Shown: one piece after another, positions 26,754 to 36,089 of the stretch
Layout of the letters: each line of letters begins with the position of its first letter
Numbering within the stretch: the stretch's first letter is position 1
From: Escherichia phage A73
Sequence record: OP778609
DNA: 64,000 bases
Strand: one strand, 5' to 3'
The notes under the pieces: generated by a model
Database searches by the model: none
What the model saw: only the letters and a program-made list of their open reading frames with translations
What the model was told of the DNA's origin: nothing
Made by a program: the position numbers and the translations under genes

Positions 26754-27990
26754 TCTCCTTCAACTTGTCAAGATATTGTGTAACGTATCTTACTTTTACA
26801 TTTCGGATTCTGCTCTTGATCTCATCTGGACGTCCCGCGAATTTTTCAGAAATCTCTTTACTTTCTTTTGAGATTGCAACACTGTTCTGAATAATCCCCG
26901 CCAGTGCTGAGAATAATACCAGTGGTTGACTGTAGTTGTCAAACATTTTTTCAGGTCCACGCCCACGAGCATCACAGATGCAAGCGTCAATAAATTCAGA
27001 GAGGAATGCTTGGTCCTTTTCACCACGTAAGGCTACTAACAAGTCATAAACTTTCTTTGGCTTCATTTCTTTGATACGGTGAAGTCGTGTATGATGCTCA
27101 GTTACAGCTAAAGCCAACTTCTTCCAATTATTGGGGACACCAAAGCGATCACAAACTTGTTCAGTTAACTTGATACCATGTTCTTCGTGACCGTGCAGTT
27201 TACCCGTTAGCCAATAAATACATTTACCTAAGTCGTGACAAAGGACTGCCCACTTCACAGCCTCACTTGCACGAGTCGCCTGGGCATAATCCATGCAAAG
27301 TAAAGTGTGAACAAATGCATCACCTTCAGGATGGTGCTCCTTGGGTTGAACAACATCGTATAAATCCACAAGCTCAGGAAATTCTCCCAGTTGAGTCAAC
27401 ATACGGATCATTACCGAAGGTTTATTCATTTCTGACTGATCACTGAAGCATTTCTTAATCTCTGCAAATTTACGCTCTTTTGGCAATGCACTTAAATCCA
27501 CACTCCGACACATTAGCCAAGTGTCAGGATCAATTGTAAACTCACCGCCGTATCTGGCATGTAATCTGGCTAGTCGGTACACACGTAAAGGGTCTTCGAT
27601 AAATGCTTTAGTGGATACACAACGTAACCGACGAAGTTCAATATCCATTGCACCATTACAAGGGTCGATAATTTCGCCCGTGGAAATATCCTTGGCGATC
27701 GCATTAATGGTTAAATCTCTTCGCATCAGGTCTTGTTCAATTGTAACGTCTGGAGAGAACACAACTTCGAAATCGTGATAACCAGGGCCTGTTGATCTTT
27801 CCGTTCGAGCAAGAGCATACTCTTCTTTAGTGTTCGGTTCAAGGTACACAGGGAAAGCTGCACCAACCTTAGTAAATCCCTTCTCAATCATTTCTTCATG
27901 GGTCGCTCCAACTACAACGTAGTCACGATCCTTGCTTTCAACACTCATTAGTTCATCGCGAACTGCACCACCTACCAAGTAAACTTTCAT
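26740..27990 (-). CDS. cca: CCA-adding tRNA nucleotidyltransferase with HD domain (416 aa)
   Basis: MKVYLVGGAVRD...DRD.VVVG...ERS.GPGY...RRDLTINA plus C-terminal HD-type histidine cluster; matches my recollection of E. coli Cca; GAGAAGAAGGA RBS. Confidence 0.9.
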   Translation of the reverse strand: MKVYLVGGAVRDELMSVESKDRDYVVVGATHEEMIEKGFTKVGAAFPVYLEPNTKEEYALARTERSTGPGYHDFEVVFSPDVTIEQDLMRRDLTINAIAKDISTGEIIDPCNGAMDIELRRLRCVSTKAFIEDPLRVYRLARLHARYGGEFTIDPDTWLMCRSVDLSALPKERKFAEIKKCFSDQSEMNKPSVMIRMLTQLGEFPELVDLYDVVQPKEHHPEGDAFVHTLLCMDYAQATRASEAVKWAVLCHDLGKCIYWLTGKLHGHEEHGIKLTEQVCDRFGVPNNWKKLALAVTEHHTRLHRIKEMKPKKVYDLLVALRGEKDQAFLSEFIDACICDARGRGPEKMFDNYSQPLVLFSALAGIIQNSVAISKESKEISEKFAGRPDEIKSRIRNVKVRYVTQYLDKLKESENG

Positions 27991-28028
27991 TCCTTCTTCT
28001 CCCATTCTTTCCAATTCTGCATGTCCGC

Positions 28029-28223
28029 TCATAGCCATCCCCTTTCTTTATACCCTTTTGTAAATCCTGATTCCCAATCTTGAAATTGCTCCGGCATGGT
28101 GTTTGGATTATACGGGTTGTTTCTCTTGAACATCCCAAACTTGAATCCAGCGGCTCGGCCCTTCTCGTATGCTGAACTGCTTTTTCTTGTCATACTCTTT
28201 CTCCTCTTAAATTTAAAGACCAA
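28029..28223 (-). CDS. hypothetical basic protein (64 aa)
   Basis: ORF. Confidence 0.4.
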   Translation of the reverse strand: MVFKFKRRKSMTRKSSSAYEKGRAAGFKFGMFKRNNPYNPNTMPEQFQDWESGFTKGYKERGWL

Positions 28224-28519
28224 TCTTTTATTTCTTCTTTCCAGTTCGTATTTCTCTTAATGTCTTGCTTTTGACCGCGAAGATAGTTAATGATCTCAAG
28301 CGGGTCTTGCTTAACAAAAGAAATATTGTCGATCGGGCACTCAACTAACTTAAGCATCCTTTCAAAACGATTATACTCATCTTCTGATTTCGGTGCAACA
28401 GGAATAACATCATAATCTTCAAGATTGTCGAGAGTTTCAAGGGTAACCCTCATCTCGTAGCCTTCTAATCTCTTTGTCTTGATACCAAACACTCTTCGAA
28501 AGTAAATGTAATATTTCAT
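28190..28519 (-). CDS. hypothetical protein (109 aa)
   Basis: ORF. Confidence 0.45.
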   Translation of the reverse strand: MKYYIYFRRVFGIKTKRLEGYEMRVTLETLDNLEDYDVIPVAPKSEDEYNRFERMLKLVECPIDNISFVKQDPLEIINYLRGQKQDIKRNTNWKEEIKDWSLNLRGERV

Positions 28520-28572
28520 TATGTTCTCCTACTTAATGATCATCATTATACACATCCCTGAATTCAAGTCAA

Positions 28573-28598
28573 CAAAAAAGGCCACCCGAAGGTGACCT
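28573..28598 (-). terminator. rho-independent terminator
   Basis: Hairpin AGGTCACC-TTCG-GGTGGCCT followed by a U-run on the minus strand. Confidence 0.55.
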
Positions 28599-28604
28599 TT
28601 AAAT

Positions 28605-29114
28605 TTAAGGGTGAATCCAGTAAAAAGGTTTTGTTAAACCAAGTTTACCTTTCGGGTCCCAAATGAAGTAGGCATACGCCGCACCATCTGTTTTCCCATC
28701 CTCAGTAAAAGAGGGTCGCTTGGATAGAGTAACCAAGTGATCAACAGGATATTCCTTCCAGAACTCCACACGTTTGGTACTCTCAAGGAAACCTAAACGA
28801 AGCAGCATTATCACCACATCAGCATCCTTGTGAGCCTTCTCTACAAACTCTTGAGCTAAATTATAAGGTGGGTTAGTTAACACACAATCTACCTTATTGT
28901 ATTTAGTTGCAAGATAATCAACACCTTCTTGAATCTCTCCCCAAGCTGAACCAATTGGCATTTCATTATAAAAACGTCCAGAGGCTCTGCAAGGTTCCAG
29001 ATAAGTCCAATCCTGACGGATTGGAACTAAATTCAAGAAAGCATCTACTGCCCATTTCGGAGTTTCATAGCGATCATTTTCACGGCGCTCTGCTTTAGGT
29101 TTCAATGCTGCCAC
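28605..29114 (-). CDS. phage Dam-like N6-adenine DNA methyltransferase (169 aa)
   Basis: DRYETP motif near the N-terminus and catalytic NPPY tetrapeptide (LTNPPYNL). Confidence 0.65.
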   Translation of the reverse strand: MAALKPKAERRENDRYETPKWAVDAFLNLVPIRQDWTYLEPCRASGRFYNEMPIGSAWGEIQEGVDYLATKYNKVDCVLTNPPYNLAQEFVEKAHKDADVVIMLLRLGFLESTKRVEFWKEYPVDHLVTLSKRPSFTEDGKTDGAAYAYFIWDPKGKLGLTKPFYWIHP

Positions 29115-29116
29115 TC

Positions 29117-29962
29117 TTATTTGCCCCCTTCTTTCGCCGCAGTGATGATCTGTTCAATTAACTCATCACGATAATAAACGTACTGTTCAACACCGAAACA
29201 TTCCGCAATCTCGTCTAGTTCGTCGAGGTTGTACTCGTCAAAGTCTCGTGGGTTAAGAGTAAAGATGTTGAATTTTTTGGCGTAGCCTTCGTCGAGGACG
29301 ATTTCAAATTCTCCCTCTCCGATTTCCTTCGCATCATCAACATCACTCGATTCGATTGACCCTTCAACCTTAATCCCCCCTGTATTTTGTTGATCGGCTT
29401 CCATTTGCTTTTTAATTGCTTCATCTTCAGCGGTCAAACGGGCTTGCATCTGAGAGGAAGTGAAGTAAATTTCGCCAGCACGATCAAACAGTTCAACGAG
29501 TTCATCTTCTGTCATAACACCCTTGTACAGATCGTAGTATTTCTCTTTGAACAGGTCTTTGTAGAAATCGCTACGTTTAAATACCAGTGCTGAATCACCA
29601 CCCATACTCATCTGAACGTTGTGGAACATGTAATGAGAACCTGGACGACAAATTCGAACATGACCAGACAAGAAGATCATTGTTGCAGCACTTGCCACTT
29701 CACCAATACCGTGTGTTACAACAGTCGCCTTTGTTTCAGAGATCGCTGTCATGTACATATCTGCGATATCACAATAACCACCACAAGAAGTAATGTACAG
29801 ATTTACAATATCACCTTCAGGTGCTGAACGAATCAGGTCAACAGCCTCGATATGTGCTTCAGGTGAATTGTGCAGATCCGTAACATAAATACGCCAATCG
29901 TTAGAAGTTACTGGAGACACCCAAATGTTTTTTGCCGGACCATTCATTACGATTTCTTCCAT
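29117..29962 (-). CDS. ClpP-like serine peptidase (S14 family) (281 aa)
   Basis: LYITSCGGYCDIADMY...GEVASAATMIFL...HYMFHNVQMSMGG follows the ClpP pattern. Confidence 0.6.
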   Translation of the reverse strand: MEEIVMNGPAKNIWVSPVTSNDWRIYVTDLHNSPEAHIEAVDLIRSAPEGDIVNLYITSCGGYCDIADMYMTAISETKATVVTHGIGEVASAATMIFLSGHVRICRPGSHYMFHNVQMSMGGDSALVFKRSDFYKDLFKEKYYDLYKGVMTEDELVELFDRAGEIYFTSSQMQARLTAEDEAIKKQMEADQQNTGGIKVEGSIESSDVDDAKEIGEGEFEIVLDEGYAKKFNIFTLNPRDFDEYNLDELDEIAECFGVEQYVYYRDELIEQIITAAKEGGK

Positions 29963-29974
29963 ATTAATTCCCCC

Positions 29975-30445
29975 TTAGCTAATTAAAGTACGGATGCGGG
30001 TAGCGTTTTGCAGAACCCAGTCTACTACGACAGAATGATCAGAGTCAACAATTACTTCATGATGACGTTTGAACATATCAAGAATCTTTGCTGCTTCGGC
30101 AGTATAAAGTGCCGCACGATCTAAAAAGATAATCTGCTCTTTAAGTTCTTCTGTAATCGGACATAACTTACTTGGGACCTTGATGGCTGACAAATGTTCT
30201 ACCAACTCTTTTCGAGTAGAGAACATAATATCAACTTCCTGATCGATACTAAGAGAGCCTAAGAATAAGCGAGAAAACCATCCACGATACTCATCGTTGT
30301 TTTTACGCAAAGTCTTAATTCCAAATATTAACTCTTCGAACAGGGCTGTTGCAATTTCTTCAATACGATCAGGAACAATAGCCCCACAATTTTTCAATTC
30401 CATCAGTTTACGATGATCAACTGTTGCGTACATACCCTTATCCAT
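29975..30445 (-). CDS. hypothetical protein (156 aa)
   Basis: ORF. Confidence 0.5.
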   Translation of the reverse strand: MDKGMYATVDHRKLMELKNCGAIVPDRIEEIATALFEELIFGIKTLRKNNDEYRGWFSRLFLGSLSIDQEVDIMFSTRKELVEHLSAIKVPSKLCPITEELKEQIIFLDRAALYTAEAAKILDMFKRHHEVIVDSDHSVVVDWVLQNATRIRTLIS

Positions 30446-30453
30446 ATCACCCC

Positions 30454-30771
30454 TTAAATTCCGATTAAATATTTAAACTTCCCGTCGTTCTCTGCGATCT
30501 TGTGGATTACATAGAACCAATTTTCAATTCCGTCTTCATCTTCCTCTTTCACACGATCACCAGTTTTTAACTCAACCTCGGAAACGTACTCCTTACTTTC
30601 AAGGAAATACTTCCACTGAACCATGTCTTTAAAATTACAGATTAGTTTATTTTTGCCATCTGTCGTCCAAAGGTCCTGATTGACCCACATACCAACAACG
30701 AAATTCTTTTCTTTCTTAGGACGACCAAGTGCATAAGTGTTGTTTAACATCTTTGCTTTATCTAAGACCAC
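30454..30771 (-). CDS. hypothetical protein (105 aa)
   Basis: ORF. Confidence 0.5.
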   Translation of the reverse strand: MVLDKAKMLNNTYALGRPKKEKNFVVGMWVNQDLWTTDGKNKLICNFKDMVQWKYFLESKEYVSEVELKTGDRVKEEDEDGIENWFYVIHKIAENDGKFKYLIGI

Positions 30772-31390
30772 GTTTTGACTCCAAGTTAACTAAGAAACTC
30801 TCAAGCACTGCGATGTTGTCTTCTTTCCAAAGATTAAGTGTTCTTACACCATTCTTCTTTGCCAGATTGACTGCTGTTGCAGTGCCGCCTTTAGGATTAC
30901 CCGTCTTTGTTTCCTTTGCGTAGTATATCACAAATTTACTTTGCATCAAGTAGGCATTTGAAAGATTTTTACCAAAAATTTGGTGTACGTTTCTTTCGTG
31001 TAATTTCCTTGCCCCTTGACTCAACTTGTCCCATCCACCATGAACTTCCTTTATCCATTCCCATCGCATTTCTGTATGTTCTGGAAATTCTTTATCAATC
31101 GTGTTCAGGGAGATATTATACAGATCTTTAAGTCCTTGTCCACCTTTAAAGTTGTCCCAAGGAACATATATCTCTGCAAGTTTGCTCGGTGATTGAGTCA
31201 TATTGCAATCTTCATGAAACTTCTGCATACCTCTTTGGAAAGCTGCATCTGCACCATCTGCACCGCCAGATCGTAATGTATATCCGACCCTTGCTAATCT
31301 CCAACCCGCATCTTCCATAATTTTTAATACTTCTTCAGGGGCCTCCCTTGAACCTATTCCTGTATAAGCTGGCACTTTAACCTCCTTCAT
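30758..31390 (-). CDS. DprA/SLOG-like Rossmann-fold protein (about 210 aa; start uncertain)
   Basis: GIGSREAPEEV...LRSGGADGADAAFQRG pattern; the track ORF would overlap nrdG by 113 nt, so the start MKEVKV (overlapping the nrdG stop) is preferred. Confidence 0.4.
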   Translation of the reverse strand: MKEVKVPAYTGIGSREAPEEVLKIMEDAGWRLARVGYTLRSGGADGADAAFQRGMQKFHEDCNMTQSPSKLAEIYVPWDNFKGGQGLKDLYNISLNTIDKEFPEHTEMRWEWIKEVHGGWDKLSQGARKLHERNVHQIFGKNLSNAYLMQSKFVIYYAKETKTGNPKGGTATAVNLAKKNGVRTLNLWKEDNIAVLESFLVNLESKRGLR

Positions 31391-31859
31391 CTTCAGTTGA
31401 CCAGTACCCATTAACTTTTTTCCAAAGTCTTTGGTTATCTGATCCCCTGAATCTTTTAGTTGTAGGTTTGTTTTCATCATACTTGCCATCCATGATTAAG
31501 TCAACGTATTTCTTTATTTCCTCATCTAAGTCTTGAAAAAGATACCCTGTCCACACCATGATATCTTTACTCTCACCAAAGCACGACTTTACTTCCTTGA
31601 TAATTCTTTTTACAACATCAATATTCTCAGGGTCAAGAGGTTCTCCACCCATAATTGACAATCCACTGATAAAATTTCGAGAAAGATCTTTTTTCAAACT
31701 CTCCATATCTTCATCTGTGAATTCTTTCCCATACCTGTATGACCAAGCCTTTTGGTTAAAACAACCCTTACACTTATGACTGCATCCACTAACCCAGAGA
31801 GAGGTTCTTACCCCCTCTCCATTGATGAAGTCTGTTCTTTCATATCCGCAAATGTTCAA
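31377..31859 (-). CDS. nrdG: anaerobic ribonucleotide reductase activating protein
   Basis: Radical-SAM CSHKCKGC motif; immediately downstream of nrdD. Confidence 0.9.
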   Translation of the reverse strand: MNICGYERTDFINGEGVRTSLWVSGCSHKCKGCFNQKAWSYRYGKEFTDEDMESLKKDLSRNFISGLSIMGGEPLDPENIDVVKRIIKEVKSCFGESKDIMVWTGYLFQDLDEEIKKYVDLIMDGKYDENKPTTKRFRGSDNQRLWKKVNGYWSTEDEGG

Positions 31860-33934
31860 ACGTGTTTTTCCCTTTGTAAGACCTCCTGCATCTTACCTTT
31901 GTTATAAGGTCTTGCATTTGGTGCAGATAAATAACCAGAAACCCTTCGGATTACTGAAATTGTTCCCTCTTCTTTGTTACCGCAACAAGGGCATTCAAAA
32001 CCTTTAGCCGTTGCATCGAACTCCCCGCTAAAGTTACATTTAAAGCACTGGTCTACAGGTTGATTAACACCGAAGTAAGGTATGGTTTTATAACCGTAAT
32101 CGATCAACGTTTCAAGTGCCTTCATATTATTTTTCAAGTTTGGCGTTTCAACATAACCAATATTACCGCCTGAACTTATTGTTGCGAAACCGGATTCATA
32201 CTTCCACTTAGCGAAAGGATCTGAATGTTCCCAAACAGGTGCATGAAAAGAGTTTGTAAGATAGTCTCGCTTAATGGCTTCTGGATATTTTTCCTTAAGC
32301 TTGGTGGCGAAACGATAACATAAACTCTCAGCGGGTGTTCCGTAGAGGCTAAAGGAAATACGTGAACGCTCTTTAAATTCATCACATTTGATTTTCATGT
32401 GATTGAGGATCATTACCGCTAAAGCCTTATGCTTTTGCCCCACCATAATATCAACTGCTTCCGATAAGCCTACATATCCAATACTGATCGATGCGTACCC
32501 GTCATAGAATAACTTACTAATCTTTTCATCAGCACCCAATCTTGCTAAAGCACCCTCCATAAACAGGGTTGGGTTTTGAGATGCTTTCACATTCTTGAGT
32601 CTATTGACACGAACCATATGCGATTCATATGCGTTTTCCATGTGCTGGTCAAGAAGTGCATAAAAATTACCACCTTTGGCTTTATACTCTGCCGCAATCA
32701 ATGGGAGGTTGATCGACACAACACCAAGGTTGAACCTTCCATCATACTTCTCTCCATGTTCTGTCGTAAATTTGGAAAGGAAGCTCCTACAACCCATACT
32801 TGTAACTTTCCCATCTGAAGATCCAGTAACCTCTTTATTTAATGGCACAGAGATGAAGTCAGGATAGATCCTTTCAACACAGCACTGCATTGCTATTTGT
32901 TTAAGGTCATAATTAACATCACCAGGTTTCAGGTTTACACCATCTTGCAAAAAGAAGACAACCTTCGGAAAAACTGGAGTTACCTTATCCTTGCCAAGCC
33001 CCTCAGTATGGACCTTTAGATAGTTTTTGGTAATCATCCTACCAAACTCTGAAGTTTCAAGACCCATACTGATCGTAATGAAAGGCGATTGACCGTTAAC
33101 ACTCATTAAAGTATTAACCTGATAAACCAGAGTCTGCATTGCATCATACACATCTCGGTCTGTCATTTCCATTGCTAAAGATTCATTAGGTTTTCCGATC
33201 TTTTCTAAAAACTCGATATTCTTTTTGTGACTCATCTCAACATATGTTTTCAAACCCTCATCGATATGAGCACATGTTTGTCCTCCGTATTGACTGGATG
33301 CTACAGCCTGAATGATTTGAGTCAGAACTGTTGTTGCAACACCAATCGACTTAGGTTTTTCGATCTTCGCATTTCCAATCTTAAAACCATTTTCAAGCAT
33401 GTCCCGATAGTTAACAAGACAACAGTTAGTTAATGGACTAACCAAATAATCCAAGTCGTGAATGTGACCATAACCTTCATTGTGCCAAGCAGCGAGGTCT
33501 TTTGGCAAGATCTGATTAATACTGACATGCTTGCTTAAAATACCTGCCAGCAAGTCCCGATGAGTATTTACCAAATTGCTAGGTTTGTTTGCATTCTCAC
33601 GAGTAAATTCTTCAGCCGTTTGATCCAAAAATCCGCTAATATCTGAATAAAGTTTACCTTTGCCTTCACGAACTGAATCCCGATCATGACGGTATTCAAT
33701 ATAGCATCTGGCAACATCTTGAAGATTTTTCTGACTCATTAAGGTATTCTCAACAACCTTATGAATCTCTTCTACAGATATACGATCTTTATCTTCAATC
33801 TGACTAACGACTTCAGTAATGAGTTTATCAACATCGGCTTTAGTGCCTGCGGATAAAAGAGCGCCCCGAAGGGCTGCTCCGATCTTATCCGTGCACAAGG
33901 TTTCTTCACGCCCGTCACGTTTTGCAATAATCAA
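31856..33934 (-). CDS. nrdD: anaerobic ribonucleoside-triphosphate reductase
   Basis: 692 aa; C-terminal glycyl-radical motif RVSGYL; cysteine cluster CPCCG. Confidence 0.93.
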   Translation of the reverse strand: MIIAKRDGREETLCTDKIGAALRGALLSAGTKADVDKLITEVVSQIEDKDRISVEEIHKVVENTLMSQKNLQDVARCYIEYRHDRDSVREGKGKLYSDISGFLDQTAEEFTRENANKPSNLVNTHRDLLAGILSKHVSINQILPKDLAAWHNEGYGHIHDLDYLVSPLTNCCLVNYRDMLENGFKIGNAKIEKPKSIGVATTVLTQIIQAVASSQYGGQTCAHIDEGLKTYVEMSHKKNIEFLEKIGKPNESLAMEMTDRDVYDAMQTLVYQVNTLMSVNGQSPFITISMGLETSEFGRMITKNYLKVHTEGLGKDKVTPVFPKVVFFLQDGVNLKPGDVNYDLKQIAMQCCVERIYPDFISVPLNKEVTGSSDGKVTSMGCRSFLSKFTTEHGEKYDGRFNLGVVSINLPLIAAEYKAKGGNFYALLDQHMENAYESHMVRVNRLKNVKASQNPTLFMEGALARLGADEKISKLFYDGYASISIGYVGLSEAVDIMVGQKHKALAVMILNHMKIKCDEFKERSRISFSLYGTPAESLCYRFATKLKEKYPEAIKRDYLTNSFHAPVWEHSDPFAKWKYESGFATISSGGNIGYVETPNLKNNMKALETLIDYGYKTIPYFGVNQPVDQCFKCNFSGEFDATAKGFECPCCGNKEEGTISVIRRVSGYLSAPNARPYNKGKMQEVLQREKHV

Positions 33935-33936
33935 CC

Positions 33937-34683
33937 TTAATTACCTCCTTTAAGATCCTTTTCACGAGCCTTGACAACTGCCTTACAGAATGGACTACGA
34001 ACGATTTCTTCACTAGTCGCTTCAACATAATCGGCAAAGTCGTAAAGTTCATGACGATCAATGAATTCGATTGCCCATTCTAATCCAGTTTCACGATTAC
34101 GCATATCGTTCTGTGTGATATCGCCTAAGCAGAACAGCTTAGAACTTTCACCTTTACGAGTCATGATCGTGTAAGCCGTATCTTCATCTGTGTTCTGAAA
34201 CTCATCGACAATAACAACCGCATTATCGAAAGAACGCCCACGGATATATTCCAGAGGAACAAATTCAATGTTACCACAACCCAACTGAGTTTCAAAGAAA
34301 CCGTGACCGTAGCGTTGCTGAATAACCTGAATAAGTGCCTGAAGGAAAGGCTCGAATTTCTCACGGATAGTCCCAGGTAGTAACCCGAGGCTGTTCCCCA
34401 TTCCCAATGTTGGTCGAGTAAGGACGATCTTTTCAATCTTACCTTGCTTCAGCCAATCAATAACGGTACTCATAATGACAAATGTCTTACCTGTACCCGC
34501 CGGAGCGTTAACGAAAACAACTTCCTTCTCGTTAACCAGAGATAACAATTCCTTTTGGAATCGGTTCTTTGGAGTAATAGGTTTTTTCAACTCTTCATAG
34601 GCTTTAGGTGTTACCTGACGGCCTTTTGAACGCTTCTCTTCACGACGATCCTGACGAGATTTACGATTAGTATGACGTTGCAT
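33937..34683 (-). CDS. phoH: PhoH-like ATPase
   Basis: Walker A GTGKTF and PhoH-like arrangement. Confidence 0.85.
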   Translation of the reverse strand: MQRHTNRKSRQDRREEKRSKGRQVTPKAYEELKKPITPKNRFQKELLSLVNEKEVVFVNAPAGTGKTFVIMSTVIDWLKQGKIEKIVLTRPTLGMGNSLGLLPGTIREKFEPFLQALIQVIQQRYGHGFFETQLGCGNIEFVPLEYIRGRSFDNAVVIVDEFQNTDEDTAYTIMTRKGESSKLFCLGDITQNDMRNRETGLEWAIEFIDRHELYDFADYVEATSEEIVRSPFCKAVVKAREKDLKGGN

Positions 34684-34698
34684 AGAGTACCTCGCTTC

Positions 34699-35082
34699 TT
34701 AAGGGTAGAGTTTATGAGGGAGTTGGAAATGAGGACCATCTTTAAATGAAGTCCAATCACCGCCCCACTCAATCGGGATGTTTAATTCTTTTGCTGCATC
34801 CTTAACAGCTTCTGCCATCGGGTAATAATATTTCCAGTCCCAAGTAACCGATCCGTTAACCAAAGGCCACAAATCTACAGCATGTCCGGTCAGATGACGA
34901 CTATTCATCGTTTTACTCTTACCTTCTGCAACATACTTACGTTGGGTTTCTATTGTACGTAGACCTTCACCAACAGTAAAGTCAATCGTACTCTTTTTGA
35001 TTGCCAGTTTCACAACTTCAACCAAGTCGGGATGAACGCCCTTAAGACGTTCAATACTCCGTTTACCTAATACAAATCCCAT
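34699..35082 (-). CDS. endolysin, L-alanyl-D-glutamate peptidase (peptidase M15, T5-type)
   Basis: GLRT...Q...SRHLTGHAVDL...WGGDW...DGPHFQL matches my recollection of the phage T5 endolysin. Confidence 0.85.
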   Translation of the reverse strand: MGFVLGKRSIERLKGVHPDLVEVVKLAIKKSTIDFTVGEGLRTIETQRKYVAEGKSKTMNSRHLTGHAVDLWPLVNGSVTWDWKYYYPMAEAVKDAAKELNIPIEWGGDWTSFKDGPHFQLPHKLYP

Positions 35083-35090
35083 TAAGTCTC

Positions 35091-35501
35091 CTAGTGAGTA
35101 ACTTCAGTTTTTACATACCCCAAGATCAAATCATCTTGGATCTCTTTCATCGCCACAGACATTTTCAACTGAACTTCAGCGATAGCTTCTGAATATTCAA
35201 TTTCGTCTACAAAGCGTTGAAGATGTTCAGTGGATAACGAATCCATATTTTCCACGATCGCATTCTGCATTACCTTTTCGTAATTTTCAGAAGTCATCGC
35301 TTCAACGATCTTCTGTTGATTTCGGACCTTAATGATATCTTCTTCTGTCTTATCTTCAATACCTTTCAGGAAGTCCAGCGTCATCACTGCCACTTCAAGG
35401 TTTGCGTCAATTGCCTTACCAACAACGTACTTTGCAATTTTATGAAGCAGACGCTCACGATCAGTCAGTTCTTTTTCAATTTTATCAACGGTATTAGTCA
35501 T
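35091..35501 (-). CDS. hypothetical protein (136 aa)
   Basis: ORF; no TM segment, so not an obvious holin. Confidence 0.5.
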   Translation of the reverse strand: MTNTVDKIEKELTDRERLLHKIAKYVVGKAIDANLEVAVMTLDFLKGIEDKTEEDIIKVRNQQKIVEAMTSENYEKVMQNAIVENMDSLSTEHLQRFVDEIEYSEAIAEVQLKMSVAMKEIQDDLILGYVKTEVTH

Positions 35502-35794
35502 TACAGATCTCCCAGGTCATCGTTATTGAAGTCAAGTTCTACTTTGCTCGGCAAATTCTTTGCTACCAGTTCAGTGTAGCCACCAACGTACTCACTGTCA
35601 ATAAAAATCTGAGGAACTGTACGTGGAACATAACCAACAGCATCGCTTACCTTTTTAACCATCTCTTGCAGATTGCCAGAGTTTGCACCCACGTCAATAT
35701 ACTCATACTCATAACCTTTCTGATCAAGGAGGGTTTTTGCATTGTCACAGAATGGGCAGTTTACTTTACCAAAAATCACATTACTCATTATCAA
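35501..35794 (-). CDS. glutaredoxin/thioredoxin-like protein (NrdH/NrdC-like)
   Basis: Active-site CPFC in VNCPFCDNAK; adjacent to nrdAB. Confidence 0.85.
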   Translation of the reverse strand: MIMSNVIFGKVNCPFCDNAKTLLDQKGYEYEYIDVGANSGNLQEMVKKVSDAVGYVPRTVPQIFIDSEYVGGYTELVAKNLPSKVELDFNNDDLGDL

Positions 35795-35825
35795 TCTCCT
35801 TTATCCAGAAAACAAAACTATTTAA

Positions 35826-36089
35826 TCACACTTCTTTGAACGTTGCAAGCACTGTTGATTCAATTTCGTAATAATTTTCACGAACTTTGATATCTTCATT
35901 CAATGCCCAAGGTACACCAAGGTCAGTGCTTACATATTGGAGATCATCTGATCCATCATAAACAGAATTCTGTTCAAACACAAAACCTTCCACTGCAAAA
36001 GTACAAATAAGTTTTTTCACTTTTAGAATCTCCAGGTTAAGGGCCTTTCGGCCCAGCTTATTAAAGTTCGAAATCGAAGTCAGATGCAC
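35826..36089 (-). CDS. hypothetical protein (87 aa; start overlaps the nrdB 3' end)
   Basis: ORF overlapping nrdB by 29 nt. Confidence 0.35.
   Translation of the reverse strand: MHLTSISNFNKLGRKALNLEILKVKKLICTFAVEGFVFEQNSVYDGSDDLQYVSTDLGVPWALNEDIKVRENYYEIESTVLATFKEV

Noticed and set aside
35091-35501. Holin adjacent to the endolysin
   Set aside because: The neighbouring 136-aa protein has no transmembrane segment; no obvious holin is adjacent to the endolysin in this window.
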